A program made the translations under genes and the position numbers. Below the pieces are notes generated by a model. That model was not told where the DNA came from. It was given only the letters and a program-made list of their open reading frames with translations, and ran no database searches. A stretch of 64,000 nt of DNA from Rhina ancylostomus (Eukaryota), in assembly GCA_030265395.1 (NCBI GenBank), contig JARFYF010000017.1, positions 19,153,778-19,217,777 on the forward strand. Direction: 5' to 3'. This document shows, in pieces, positions 1 to 12,030 of this stretch. Within the stretch, counting starts at the first letter, position 1, and every line of letters starts with the position of its first letter.

Positions 1-20
1 TTCTTTAAGACAAGAAGAGG

Positions 21-156
21 AGTCCTGAAGAAGGGTCCTGACCCAAAATATTGACTTTGTTTTTCTCCATGGATGCTGCCTGGCCTGCTGAGTTCCTCCT
101 GCAGCTTGTCAATTTTTTCATCTGGATTTTGGCATTGGCAGTCCTTTGTTTCTCCA
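21..156 (+). mobile_element. Penelope-like (pLTR-derived) short element with degenerate minimal hammerhead motif
   Basis: AGTC-CTGAAGA-A-GGGTC-CT-GACCC-AAAA-TATT-GACT at 21-56, followed by the family body ggatgctgcctggcctgctgagttcctcc...gcagtcctttgtttctcc that recurs at ~2030, 6370, 37470 and 51350. Confidence 0.7.
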
Positions 157-544
157 GAATGAAATGGAGTTCTTACTGAAAGTAAGGTGGAAGAAGGTGT
201 AAATCCAGATAGCTGTGAGAATCAATGGGCTTATAATGGATGTTTGTCACTATTTTTTCATCTGAGAAAGAGATATAGAAGTCAAGAGAAGGAAGAGATG
301 GGAAGAGTCCAATCTGGACCCAATGAAAATGAGAGCAAATTGGCAGCATAGTTCCCGTACAAATGCAGGAAGCAGAAACATAGTGGAAAAAAAGGTGAAG
401 AAAGGGGCCTGGGTAGGACTGAAACCAGGACTGTTCCACAGGAGACAAACAATGCTGAGGCCCATGCAAGTGTCCACTGTCATAGCTTTGAGTTGGAGAA
501 AGTGAATGGACTTAAAGGAGATGCTATTCAATGCAGGAATGAGT

Positions 545-1272
545 TTAGCGTGCAAAATTAAAGCATGCTAAGGTGCAGATGTGGATAGTGAACTGGTTGA
601 CTGACAGGCAACTAAGAATAAAAATAAATGGATCTTCCTGATGGCAGGCAGTAATGAGTGGGATACTTCAGGGATTAGCACTGGGACCCCAGCTATTCAC
701 AATACATATTAATGAGTTGTATAAGGGAATGAAATGTAATATGTCCAGCNNNNNNNNNNAAAGCTGGTCAGGTGTGCCTTGAGGAGGAATCAGAGAAGTT
801 CCAGGTTGGTTTTTTGGGACTGGGCAGATACATGGCAGATGCAGTATAATGTGGATAAATGTGGCATTAACCACTTCGTGGCAATAACTGGAAGATAGAT
901 TATTATCTGAATTGTGATTGACTGGGAAAAGGAGAAGTGCAATGAGACACTGATGTCCTTGTGCATTAGTCACTGAAGGTGCAGCAGGCAACCAAGAAGA
1001 CAAGCAGTATGCTGGCCTCCATGGTGAGATGATTTAAGTGGAGAAGCAGGGACATCTTGCTGCAATTGTCCAGGGCCTCAGTGAGACCACATCTTGAGTT
1101 TTGTGTACGGTTTTGGTCTTCTTATCTGAGGAAGGATGTTCCTGCCATAGAGGGAGTTCAACAAATGTTCATCAGACTGATTCCTGGGCTGGCAAGAATA
1201 TGACATCAAATAGCGTTATACTCATTAGAGTTTGAAAGAAGATTTCATAGTAACCTACAAAATTCTAATAGG
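545..1272 (+). mobile_element. CR1-clade LINE, decayed ORF2 (RT and C-terminal) fragment
   Basis: Recognisable CR1 RT remnants: agtgggatacttcagggattagcactgggaccccagctattcacaatacatattaatga (SG.PQGSVLGP.LF.IYIND-like) and gtgagaccacatcttgag (RPHLE). Frameshifted and truncated at ~1272. Confidence 0.85.
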
Positions 1273-1354
1273 CCATCCTGGTGTGGGGTGAAGGTAAAGA
1301 GGGATGGGATGTCCAGGCTGAAGTTTAAGAAGTAGTTTGTTTTCTAAATCTTTC
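1189..1354 (+). repeat. Left arm of ~165-bp inverted duplication (partner 6717-6881)
   Basis: Direct comparison: the reverse complement of 1189-1354 aligns with 6717-6881 with only scattered mismatches or indels. Confidence 0.92.
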
Positions 1355-1589
1355 CTGGAAAATTAGTCATAAATTTGAAAATTCTGCAATGGATACACTG
1401 GTTCCCTTTGTCATTTTGTATATTTGACTATCATTCCCCTCAATGTAAGAAGACACCTGTAGGATGTATTCGGGTGAGGAAATTCTGAAATCTTAAAGTT
1501 ACTGCCAAAACAGAAGAACATTGTCGTTAAAAACTATGTTGGAAAGGGAAAGAGAGTTTGATGATAGGATTGTATCAGCAAAAAGAGCC

Positions 1590-1890
1590 CAAGCAGGGAA
1601 AAATAGTAAAAGGTCAAAATTAAAGGCACTTTATCTCAATGCAAGATGCATTTGTAACAAGATAGATGAATTAATGGCACAAATAGAGATAAATGGGTTT
1701 GAATTGATAGTCATTACAGAGATGTGGTTGCAAGAGGATCAAGTTAGGGAGAAGAGATTTACTTTGACAGAAAGAATAGAGAAACAGATGTATTTTTTAA
1801 AATGGAGAGCAAATATTTAATGCTGGTTTTCAGAGAGATTTGGATGTCCTTGTATATAAATCAGAGAAATGTAATGTGCAGGATGAGCAA
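1590..1890 (+). mobile_element. CR1 LINE ORF2 N-terminal endonuclease fragment fused to a C-terminal fragment
   Basis: ORF 1521-1820 contains KLKALYLNARCICNKIDELMAQIEINGFELIVITEMWLQ, the typical CR1 APE start (LYLNARS..NK.DEL...D.I.ITETWL). It then jumps to RT C-terminal-like sequence. Confidence 0.85.
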
Positions 1891-1905
1891 TGAACAAGTC
1901 TTTCT

Positions 1906-2113
1906 CACAATGATGCTGGAGGAACTCAGCAGGTCAGGCAGCATCCGTGGAGAAAAGCAGGCAGTCAACGTTTATGGTCAGGACCCTTCTTTGTGTCCTG
2001 ACCCGAAACGTTGATGCCTGTTTTTCTCAATGGATGCTGCCTGGCCTGCTGAGTACCTCCAACATCACTGTGTTTTTCATCTAGATTCCAGCATCTTCAG
2101 TCCTTTGTTTCTC
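1906..2113. mobile_element. Fold-back Penelope-like short element with 13-bp target-site duplication
   Basis: Arms ~1906-1987 and ~1994-2072 are reverse complements. AACAAGTCTTTCT flanks it at 1893-1905 and 2114-2126. Confidence 0.85.
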
Positions 2114-2126
2114 AACAAGTCTTTCT

Positions 2127-3110
2127 TAGTTGGCAGGTTGCAACTCATGGGGTGCTGAAGGGATTGGTGCTTGGGCCCCAACTATTCCCAACTTGTGTCA
2201 GTGATTTGATTGAAGGGATCAAATGTACCATTTCCAAGTTTGTAGATGACACAAAACTAAGTAGAAATGTGAGTTGTGACATCAGTGCAAAGAGGCTTCA
2301 AATGCATATCAATAACAACATGGCAAATAGAGCACAACGTAGAGAATTGTAAGATTCCACATTCCAGCAGAAAAACAGAATACCTTTTAAAATGCTGTGG
2401 GAATGAGAAATGTTGTTGAAAGAGACCTGGACATCCATGTACACAAGTCACTGAAATCTAACGTGCAGGTTCATCAGGTAGTTAGGAAGGAAAGTGGGAT
2501 GTTGAATTTTATTGCAAGATGATTCGACCTCAAGAGTTAGCATGTGCTGTTATGATTGCATAGGGCCTTAGTGACACCACTCCAGGAGTTTTGTGTACAA
2601 TTTGGTTTCTTTCTTTCATTTGGGGAATGCAGTGAAGATTCAGATTCATTCTTGGGATGTTGGGTCTGTCATATTTGGAGAGATTGAGTAGCCAGGCATC
2701 TGTGTTCTAGATTTTAGAAGAAAGAGAAATAACGTCAATGAAATGTACAAAATTGTAAGAGTGCTCAACAGGGCAGATACAAGGAGGTTGTTCCCCCGAA
2801 AAAGGAGTCTGGAACAAGAGGTCAGTCTCAAAATAAGGGATAGGCCATTTAAGGAGAAATTTCTTCATTCAGGAAGTATTGAAATTTGAGAATTCTCTAA
2901 CCTGAAGCTCTATGGATTCTCAGTTTACATTTACAACAGTGATTAATATATTTCTGGATCAAAAGAAAATCAAAGCATCAAGGGATATGGGGATAGCAGA
3001 GGAAAATGGTGTTGATAGAATGGTAGAAGTCCAGCCATGATCTTGTTGACTGGCAGTGCAGTATTGAAGCGGTGAATGGCCTACTCCTGCTCCCATTTCT
3101 TATGTTCTTA
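2127..3110 (+). mobile_element. CR1 LINE RT core to 3' UTR, decayed
   Basis: ORF 2152-2352 GLVLGPQLF...IKCTISKFVDDTKL (FADDTKL motif). It ends in the shark CR1 tail gaatggcctactcctgctcccatttcttatgttctta. Confidence 0.9.
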
Positions 3111-5159
3111 TAAGCTGATAGGGTGGCAAACAGGTATGAGATCAGCTATGATATTAGAGAATGGAGTAATCTCAAAATCCCATGTGACCTCATCCTGCTA
3201 TTTCATATGTCCTTATGAAAGCTGCTTTATTTTCACAAATTCAGCAGTCTATTTCACTCAAAGTTACTGAGACCACCAGCTGGCCTCCAAGCTCTGCATT
3301 ACTTTTCCCATGGAAATTTGTCCACTGTCTTTTGTAAAAATGATTTGCCTTTGAGGCCATTAAATACTTTGTTTGAACAGCTTTTCTGGCAATGCAAGTC
3401 TACTTATGGTCCATTCTGAATAAATCCTGGTATTTTCTAGACATAATCCTTTTGACTCTAACTGTGGAAAATATTCTGCAAAGCAATACCCACACCCATC
3501 AACAACAGTGCACTCATAAATATTAAGACAGATCAATCTATTCCTCAGCTGCGAACTTCTTTAAGCACACAGTTTGTGTTATTTATCTATTTGTTTAATA
3601 TGTACTTTGCCTCACCATTTTTAACTTGAAATGAGACCAATGCACTTCTTCATTAAGTATGCATCATTTGATGGTAGCCTTTCTAGTTGCAACAACATAG
3701 CTCAAAAGCTACAATAGCCATCAACTGATGGTACATTGCATAAAATAGCATAAGAAGTACTGGAGTGAAATCCAGAGGGTGTAAATGTATGCAAACTGAA
3801 GGTCAAGCCACTATTGAACAAATTGCTAGAAGTTATCTGTCTGATCTACTAAAATGCTTGCCCCATATTATTCAAGCTATTAAACCAGTTGCCCCAGCTA
3901 TAAGTGTTGATCATTATGTCAGTGGAGGATCAGCTTTACCTCAGACCTTATTAAAGAAAATTGTTAATTCCTTTCTCTACCCATTTTTAAATATTTTGCT
4001 TATGTTTGCTATATGTTACAGATGGGCACCTGTCCCAATGTTTACAATTAAGTGGACAGCACTTAAAAGGCACCTAAAATCATGAGAGAAAGCATATCAG
4101 TCAAATAAATTTGCAGTAAAGACAGGAAATGCTGACTATAGTTTGTTTCTCTGTACAGCAATCAGAGATGAGAAAGACTAATGATACAACACAGTTTATA
4201 GTGATCAAAGGTGGATCAATCCACTTCAAGAAGTAATTAACCATTTGCTAAACTTGCAGAATTGATTTCCAGTTAAAGTAAAGAGAGTGGTTCTAAATGA
4301 AGACCAATTTTGTGGCTCTTATTAGGGGATTGCAGAGTCAAAGTCAGTAGATACACTGCATGATAAATTGGGAGCTTTTAATTGGGAGGCAAAAATTGGA
4401 ACCAGAAATAGATATGTAAAGCCCAGTTCTGCTTACCAGATCCGACATCTGATTGCTTGCTAATATAATTATACATATAATACAGGCAAATTGATTCCTA
4501 CTTTGAAGGGAAATAGATTCTCTGCAACACAATAACTGAAAAGCACCAACGAGGAAAGTATTCTGAATTAAAGTCAGACCCAATGTGCCAAGCAAATGGC
4601 ATAAACTCTGATCTCCCTTGAACACCAGTGTGTAAATGTATCAGTTGAAGTAAGTGACTCATTGGTAGCATAATTACATCAGGGACCAATAAGGCTGGTT
4701 GAAAATCAATTCTAAGAGGCCAATGTATTTGGTAGAAATCCATGCAGCCAATTCAGTGCTGCATTATCTAGAGGGTCTCTCTCTGACCTCTGGGGGATTA
4801 GGGTTGACACTCCAGTAAGGGGTTTGTCCAGGAAAGGACAGAAGTAACAGAAGTCTGTTATCTCTTCTAAATTGGATTACCACCATCCACTATTTCAGTT
4901 TGAAGATATTTGTGGTCAAGCATTTCTTGTCCTGTCTCCCTCTTACTCTTTGTATTTTACTCATTATTTTCCACTGCTTGCTGCAAATACAGCTTTGACT
5001 ATTGTTGTGTGGGGAAACATGTATGCTTCCAATAATTATTAAGGGATGCTACAAAAGTTCTATTTAATTTTGGTTAATTATTAAATTAGTGTAAACATAC
5101 ATTGTGTAAATAATGTTGATTTGAATCCAAATTATTAAAACACACAATTCAGATCTAAT

Positions 5160-5785
5160 AATTGGGACCACGAATGGTTACTCAGCCTCTTGAACCCACT
5201 CGAGTGTTGATCTGACTATTACTTCAACTGTATTCCCATCTACTTGTGATAACGTTTCATCCTGTTGCTTATCATTAATCGATCTACCTCTAAAAATATT
5301 CGTAGGCTCTGCTTCCATTGCCTTTTAAGGAAAAAAAACTTCCGTAGACTGTCAGGAAAAAAAATCACTTCTTAAATGGGAACCCCCTATTTTCAAACAA
5401 TGGCCCCTTCTAGTTCTAGTTCTGCCACAAGAGGAAACATTCTTTCTATGTTCACCCTGTCAAGACCCCTTAGGATCTTGTATGTTCCAATAACGTCCCT
5501 TCTCACACATCAAAACTCCAATGGATACCAGCCTGTCATGTCCAACCTTTCCTGATAAGATAACCTGTCCATTACAGTTATTAGTCTTGTAAAATGTTCT
5601 CTGAACTGCTTCCAACATATTAACATCATCCCTTAAGTAAGGAGTCTGATACTATACACTACTCCAGTTATGGTCTCACCAATGCCTTATGGACCTTAAT
5701 CATAACCTCCCTAATTTTGTGTTTTATCCTCCTTGCAATAAATAACAATCTGTTAGCTTTTCTAATTATTTCCTGTACCTACATT
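5160..5785 (-). mobile_element. CR1 LINE 3' portion
   Basis: Reverse-strand match to the same C-terminal and 3' UTR sequence, e.g. tactccagttatggtctcacc (RP.LEY on the minus strand) and caccctgtcaagacccct. Confidence 0.8.
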
Positions 5786-6254
5786 TGTGCCTATTATTCA
5801 ATATATCGATATCAAACTTGGAAATATGACCAAAATTCAAATTTTTGAGTTCATTCTGATAATAACTGAAAATAATTGAAATTCTGTGTAGAAAATCTAT
5901 GTATTTTAAGCATTATATGATTGATTTCTTGCATGGAATCAATCATAAAACAGTCACAATCTATGATACTTATAACACAATGTGACTTTAGATTAGAATA
6001 TTCTCTGTGTATGACAGATCTACATGTGAAGTACATAGAGCTCACAATCCATGTACTATCCATTCACTTGGAATGCCAAAATGGAAACTTCTCCATGGGG
6101 ATAAATTACAGACATGTAGTTAACATGTGTAATTTGTTAATTTGACTGTGTAATAGACAGCATGAATCAGGAGCAAGGACTATCTGTGCTATTAAAATTC
6201 ATCATCAATTCCTTGCAAGTTTATTGAGGAATGATGATGAGGAAACCTCCTTGC

Positions 6255-6406
6255 AGTCCCTCCCCTCCACTGCCCCCCCCCACCCCCATCTTTTTATACT
6301 GGCTATCTCCCCTTTCCTTCTAGTCCAGATGAAGGGTCTCAACCCAAAACGTCAACTGTCCACTTCCTTCCATAGATGCTGCCTGGCCCACTGAATTCCT
6401 CCATTA
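6255..6406 (+). mobile_element. Penelope-like short element with degenerate hammerhead motif
   Basis: C-rich leader, then agtc-cagatga-agggtctcaaccc-aaaa-cgtc-aactg and gatgctgcctggcccactgaattcctcc. Confidence 0.7.
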
Positions 6407-6519
6407 TGTGGAGATTGAGGTGTTGTTCCGAGACTGTGTTAATGTTGAAGTCAGGGTCTGCTTACAATGAATGTCTGAGCAGTTGTTCCACTGGCTCGGC
6501 AGGAAGGCCGGGAGCAGAA

Positions 6520-6712
6520 GAGGATGATTCAACAGCATGGAAAGAGGACACCAGCAGAGCTTTGACCAGAAGGGCCCATGCCCCAAGAGTCTTCTGGGGC
6601 CACTTCTCCCACTGGTCTCACCAGCTTTCCGAGGAACAATGTATGTGAAGACGAAGGTTTTCAAAACCAGTAGTGACTGTAATCTTTCACCTCCTGCAGA
6701 CGTGGCTCCATA
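6520..6712 (+). mobile_element. PIF/Harbinger transposase (HARBI1-like) N-terminal pseudogene fragment
   Basis: Translation ALTRRAHAPRVFWGHFSHWSHQLSEEQCM*RRRFSKPVVTVIFHLLQ resembles the Harbinger N-terminus (R.YPPRVFR..FSYL.LSEEQC.RRLRF.KEVVTEICHLLQ). It contains an in-frame stop. Confidence 0.7.
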
Positions 6713-6716
6713 TAGT

Positions 6717-6881
6717 GAAAGATTTAGTAAACAAGCTACTTCTTAAACTTAGCCTGGACATCCCATCCCTCTTTACATTTGTCCCACACCAGGATGGCCT
6801 GTTAGAATTTTGTAGGTTACTCTGAAATCTTCTTTCAAACTCTAATGAGTATAAGGCTAATTGATGTCATATTCTTTCCAG
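6717..6881 (-). repeat. Right arm of inverted duplication of 1189-1354
   Basis: gaaagatttag...gcctggacatcccatccctctttac...ccaggatggcct.ttagaattttgtaggttac...tctttcaaactctaatgagtataa...tgatgtcatattctt is the reverse complement of the left arm. Confidence 0.92.
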
Positions 6882-7074
6882 ATGTTCCCCCTGAATACAG
6901 AGTCTTGGTGAAAGTCACTGCTAACCTGAATTTCTTGACCTCTGGATCATTTCATTTGGTAGTGTCTGATGTATTTCACGTTTTACATTTTGCATCTCNN
7001 NNNNNNNNNNNNNNNNNNNNNNNNNNNNNNNNNNNNAGAATAAGCGAATGCATTTATTTTACCCTAGGTATAAT

Positions 7075-7216
7075 GAACAGAAGCAACAGAAACAAGAGTA
7101 GCCCATTCACCCCCATGCACCTGCACTGCTGATCAATAAATCTGATCTTTTATCCCAGCACCACTTTCCTGTACTAAGTCCATATCCGTTGACTACCTTG
7201 ATATCCAGAAATCTCC
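7075..7216 (-). mobile_element. CR1 3' UTR remnant
   Basis: gagtagcccattcacccc...ccatatccgttgactacctt matches the reverse complement of the CR1 tail seen at ~2980-3110. Confidence 0.6.
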
Positions 7217-7859
7217 CAAGCAACAAGGACCACAGACACAGAAGTCTGTGTTCTCAAGTGGCACCCAGAGTACCTCATGAGTGCAGACTATTGTTCCTTT
7301 CTTCAGAAGACAATTACCCAAGTGGAAGCTCAAAACTCTTCATGAGCCACAAAGTCTAACACTCCCTGAATATGCAAATTGTGAATGACTGACAAAAAAA
7401 GTCCTCATGATCAATATACCAGTACCATTCATCTATTAAGCTCACATGGTGCATTTACTCTTATGTGCCAACCATATTTCAGATGTGTACCAGATCAACA
7501 GAGGCTGTTGAGAAATATAGACTCTCCCCTCCATTCACAGCTCCTTACTCCATTCCAGGTTCCTAGTTGTGCTAAAGATCCCAATTGTAAATGCAGTCAT
7601 GACCACCAGGAGTTAGTGAAGAATTCCACCAGGATCCTTTCCATTTGATTCCATTACCTGAACCCTCAGTGGATGACCTATAATACTCATCAATGAGGAT
7701 CTTGTATTTCACTACCTATTATATGCTAACCAATCTTGCCATAATAAGAGCAGAGTTTTTGCCCTTCAGTGTTAAGAGGAAGAAGATTAGAAAGTGAAAC
7801 ACAAGGAGGAGAGGGTGAGGAAAGAGGAAGGAAAAGAATGAAGAGGAGGAAGAAGGATG

Positions 7860-8020
7860 ATGTGTTGTGATGCGACCTGACCCCAGTGTAGGTGGTGACA
7901 AAAGAATCTGTATGGCCCACGAGAGGGAATAGATTACTGGGAAATAAATTGGGGAATGGGATTGTGTGACAGCCAGTAGAAACATGATGGACTAAATGGC
8001 CTTCTGCTATGCCATAAAGA
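7860..8020 (+). mobile_element. HE1/V-SINE-like 3' half with CR1-type tail
   Basis: gagagggaatagattactgggaaataaattggggaatgggatt...gccagtagaaacatgatggactaaatggccttctgctatgccat. Confidence 0.55.
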
Positions 8021-9519
8021 ATATATGAAATGCATAGAAGATTCTTGATTAACATTTCATTGCCATTTGCCAACAATGAGGTTGCCATTTCTAAATTAGC
8101 CAGGGCTGATATGAAATAGTGACGGGCCAGATGTGAAATGCATGTGATCGCATTCCGAAATTTGTTAGTGGTCCACCTCTAGACTCAACAGTGAGTTGAA
8201 CAGCAGTGAGGGAGGTCAGCATCTGAACTCCGCTCTGCTGACCAATAGCCTGCAGACTATTGCTCAGCCTGGTTCAACCTCATGGAGTCCCAGCACCAAT
8301 TGATTGCATAAATCATGAGCCTCCTCTCCACCAAACACTACCCCCACTCCCCCACCCCCACACCCACCCATGCTAATTTCTGAATACACGAATCCTGAGG
8401 CGCATGGCTTCCTTAACATTCACACTGACCATTTTATTCCAATCTTTTATTATGAAAATATTCAATCTGTCAGAAAAATGAGCTCCTGCAAGAAACTAGG
8501 GTGAAATTTTCTTTGGAAAACAAGATGTAAAGAAGAGTTGCAGAAAAGTTTCAAGAAAGATGAGAAGGAATTTACAAATTAGGTAAAAGTCAGAGCTATT
8601 CACATCAATTACTCTACTTATACTGAATTTTAATATGAAATAATGGAAGTGAGTTTGCTGTCCCCTTTATATCACTGGACCACTTCGGCTGTAAGTGGTT
8701 CTGTAATACTCTGGAGCAGCTGATGCTGAAGAACCCTCCCAATTATATTATGGGGTGCACACACAGTGCTAGAGCAGTGGATAGGCAATTGTGTATATGC
8801 TGAAGTTGGGTAAGCAATTAATGGCAGCCCTATCATGAAAAAGGGCCTTTAAATTTAGTTGAGTCATTGTTAGGAGCCAAATTTTATTCGAGTTATTTCT
8901 GTTGTGGCCTAGTACTGGAATATGAATGCTCTGCATTAATATAAATTATAAGGAACTAATTGTAACATTATTGGCATCTAGATATTTAATACTTGTATTG
9001 TACTTTATTTTCCACTGGAAATTGTCAGCTGATGCCAATTGCCTTCCAGTGTACAAAAGTACTTACTGGAATGACATTTCATCTGTATTCAGAAAGTACT
9101 CCAATGGTGTAAACAATTCAAACCTTTTGTTTGCAACTTAGAAATCTTTTTTAATCTAGAAAGTGTAAACCCCCACAAATTTACTTATTTGTAAAACAGC
9201 ATTTTTTAAAAATCATTTGAATATCAGAGATAATTTATTCATCTGATTTGACATCGCTACAACTACTGTTACTGTTTTTCATTAGCTGCACAATTAGTCA
9301 GCTTACAGATACATAACAGTTGTTACAATATAAAATTATGAATCACATTCCACTTCAGGTTTAAGGGTGATAACTATAAATGCATCACCTGAATGTTGTT
9401 AAGAGTTATGAATTACAGAACTTCTAGGAAAGAACTCTGCAGATATTGGCATGCAGACAGCCACTTGAGCAATATTTTGGGCCTCAGTGATATATTTCCG
9501 AACATTCCAACACTTTCTG

Positions 9520-9670
9520 GAAATAGACTTCCCAAAGTAATTGTGTTTGATGAATGTTATATAACATTGTTGAGGAGTTGAGGCCAGCATAAATTAGCCA
9601 CAATCATATTGAGTGGTGGAGTTGGTATGTGGGGCCTGGTGACCTACCTTGCTCCTGTTTTATGTTCTGG
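9520..9670 (+). mobile_element. Old CR1 3' tail remnant
   Basis: ttagccacaatcatattgagtggtggag...ggggcctggtgacctaccttgctcctgttttatgttct resembles the CR1 terminal sequence. Confidence 0.55.
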
Positions 9671-10477
9671 TTGGTATCAATTCACTCATCCATTCTCAGA
9701 ATTTCTAAAAGTTCAACCCAAGTCCTGGTAATATTTGTGCATTAAGTTAACAGTAGGTTGTTCAAAATTGAGATCTGTGTTACCTTTAAAAATTTATGAA
9801 GTATCACTTTGATATTTAAACTAAGTTTCCAGAACCAGAGACTCCACAGGACCTGCTGAGCTGACTGGCCAGACAGTGGTCAGCAAGATGTAGTGGTGTG
9901 CTATAGGACCAAATAAAATGCAAAGAAACAAAAATGAGTCAGTTTTGTGTTTTGGATAAGTCATGATGATAAGGAGGTTATTGCACCAGTTAAATTAAGT
10001 AAAGTTATATCTCTGGAAATGGACGCAATTGATCTGCCTGAAAGAGATTTTGTTATTCCAATGACATCATTACTTGACCAGCAGAACAAAACTGATTGGG
10101 CTTCACTTCCAATTATCTTCCATTGGAGGTAACCCTCATTCATAATTACAGCATCTGAAACAATTACACTTGGTGACCTAATGGAGTGAATTAAAGCTAC
10201 AGTGCAACTGCTTTTAATAAGCATCCTTGCTTCTTTTATTGCCTTTTTTGGAAAGCTTGAGCAAAAACAAAAGCTTTCCATTGAAGGTGGTAAGACAGAG
10301 TATCAAGGTGGATGAACATAAAGCTTTTAATTAACAAAAAAATGCCATTAATATTAAAGTTCCTTTCATTATCATCAAAATAAAATCTTAGTTATCAGCA
10401 GGGTCACAGTGGCTATATGGGAAACTGTAAGGTTTACCCCTTCTGAATGTTTCCCTAGCACTGGATTATCTGTTATT

Positions 10478-11760
10478 TGAGTCATACAGCACAGAAAAGG
10501 CCCTCCAGCCCACCACATCCAAGCCAACTTTTTTGCCCATCTCTAATCCCATTTGTCCACACTAGGTCCATATCCTTCTATGCCGTGCCTACTTAAGTGT
10601 CTGACTAAACCTCTTTTAAACGTAGCGATTATATCTGACTCCACCATCTCCTCTGGCAGTGAGTTTCAGGTATCAACCACCAAGTAAAAAAAACTTTCCC
10701 CTCAAATTCCTTTTAAAATTCCTTTCTCTCACCCTATGCCCTCTTGTTTTTCCATACCTTACCACAGAAAAAAAAAGATTTTGTCTTTCTACCCTAAGTA
10801 TGCCACTTATAATTTTACGTACCTCCATCAAGTCACCCCTCAACTTCCTTCACTCCAGGGAAAACAAACTTCACCTATCCTATCTCTCCCCATAACTAAA
10901 GTCCTCCAGTCCAGGCAACATCCTGGTGAATCTCATCTGCACTCTCTNNNNNNNNNNNNNNNNNNNNNNNNNNNNNNNNNNNNNNNNNNNNNNNNNNNNN
11001 NNNNNNNNNNNNNNNNNNNNNNNNNNNNNNNNNNNNNNNNNNNNNNNNNNNNNNNNNNNNNNNNNNNNNNNNNNNNNNNNNNNNNNNNNNNNNNNNNNNN
11101 NNNNNNNNNNNNNNNNNNNNNNNNNNNNNNNNNNNNNNNNNNNNNNNNNNNNNNNNNNNNNNNNNNNNNNNNNNNNNNNNNNNNNNNNNNNNNNNNNNNN
11201 NNNNNNNNNNNNNNNNNNNNNNNNNNNNNNNNNNNNNNNNNNNNNNNNNNNNNNNNNNNNNNNNNNNNNNNNNNNNNNNNNNNNNNNNNNNNNNNNNNNN
11301 NNNNNNNNNNAACCTTCCTTGCTGTCAACAACACCACCTACTTTTGTGTCATCTGCAAACTTACGAATCCTACATTCACTTCTAAGTAATTAATATATAT
11401 CACAAACAACAAGGGTCCCAGTGCCAATCCCTGCAGTACAATACTTGTCACAGACTTCCAATCAGAAAAGCATCCTTCCTCTATCCTCTGACCCCAATCA
11501 CAAAACCAATTTTGAATCCAGTTCATCAGCTTGCCTTAGATCCCATGTGCTGGGACCAGCCTATCATGCAGGACCTTGTCAAATGCCTTACTGAAGTCTA
11601 TATAGACAACATCTACAACCCCACCTTATCAATTTTCTTAGTTAACTCTTCAAAAAACTTGATCAAATTAGTGAAGAAGGATTTCCCCCACACAAATCCA
11701 TGCTAACTATCCCTGATCAGCCCTGCCTTTCCAAATGCACATAAATCCAATCCCTTGGGA
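10478..11760 (-). mobile_element. CR1 (HER1-like) LINE, RT to 3' end, spanning gap 10948-11310
   Basis: Minus ORF 11338-11526 WIQNWFCDWGQRIEEGCFSDWKSVTSIVLQGLALGPLLFVIYINYL. The 3' tail gagtcatacagcacagaaaaggccctccagccc lies at ~10480. Confidence 0.92.
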
Positions 11761-11954
11761 TACTACGACTTCTATCATTTTACCCCTGAGAATCCTAAAT
11801 AATTCCACACTCTTCCAGGGGAATGAGTCCCTAACCACCACACCCTCTCACACCAGCCTTAACCCTATCCCCCCAACCTGGATGCTACTCTATATATAAT
11901 AACCTCAAAATATAAAGTTATATAAAATGTGTAATTGTGACTTTATTTCTGCTC

Positions 11955-12030
11955 TATTTCGAACCTGACAGGTTTCCAGCATCACCTGTTTTGATTTCAG
12001 ACCCTCAGTATCTCTGTTTTGTTTTCCTTT
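11955..12030 (+). mobile_element. Penelope-like short element 3' remnant
   Basis: acctgacaggtttccagcatcacctgttttgatttcagaccctcagtatct resembles the family tail at 53500-53547. Confidence 0.45.

Noticed and set aside
4530-4960. Possible solo LTR
   Set aside because: I could not identify TG...CA ends, a TSD or a second copy.
10736-11393. Long ORFs of 134-217 aa (also 46888-47229, 53713-54281, 26516-27013)
   Set aside because: They are open only because they run through N gaps; the flanks are antisense LINE or non-coding sequence.
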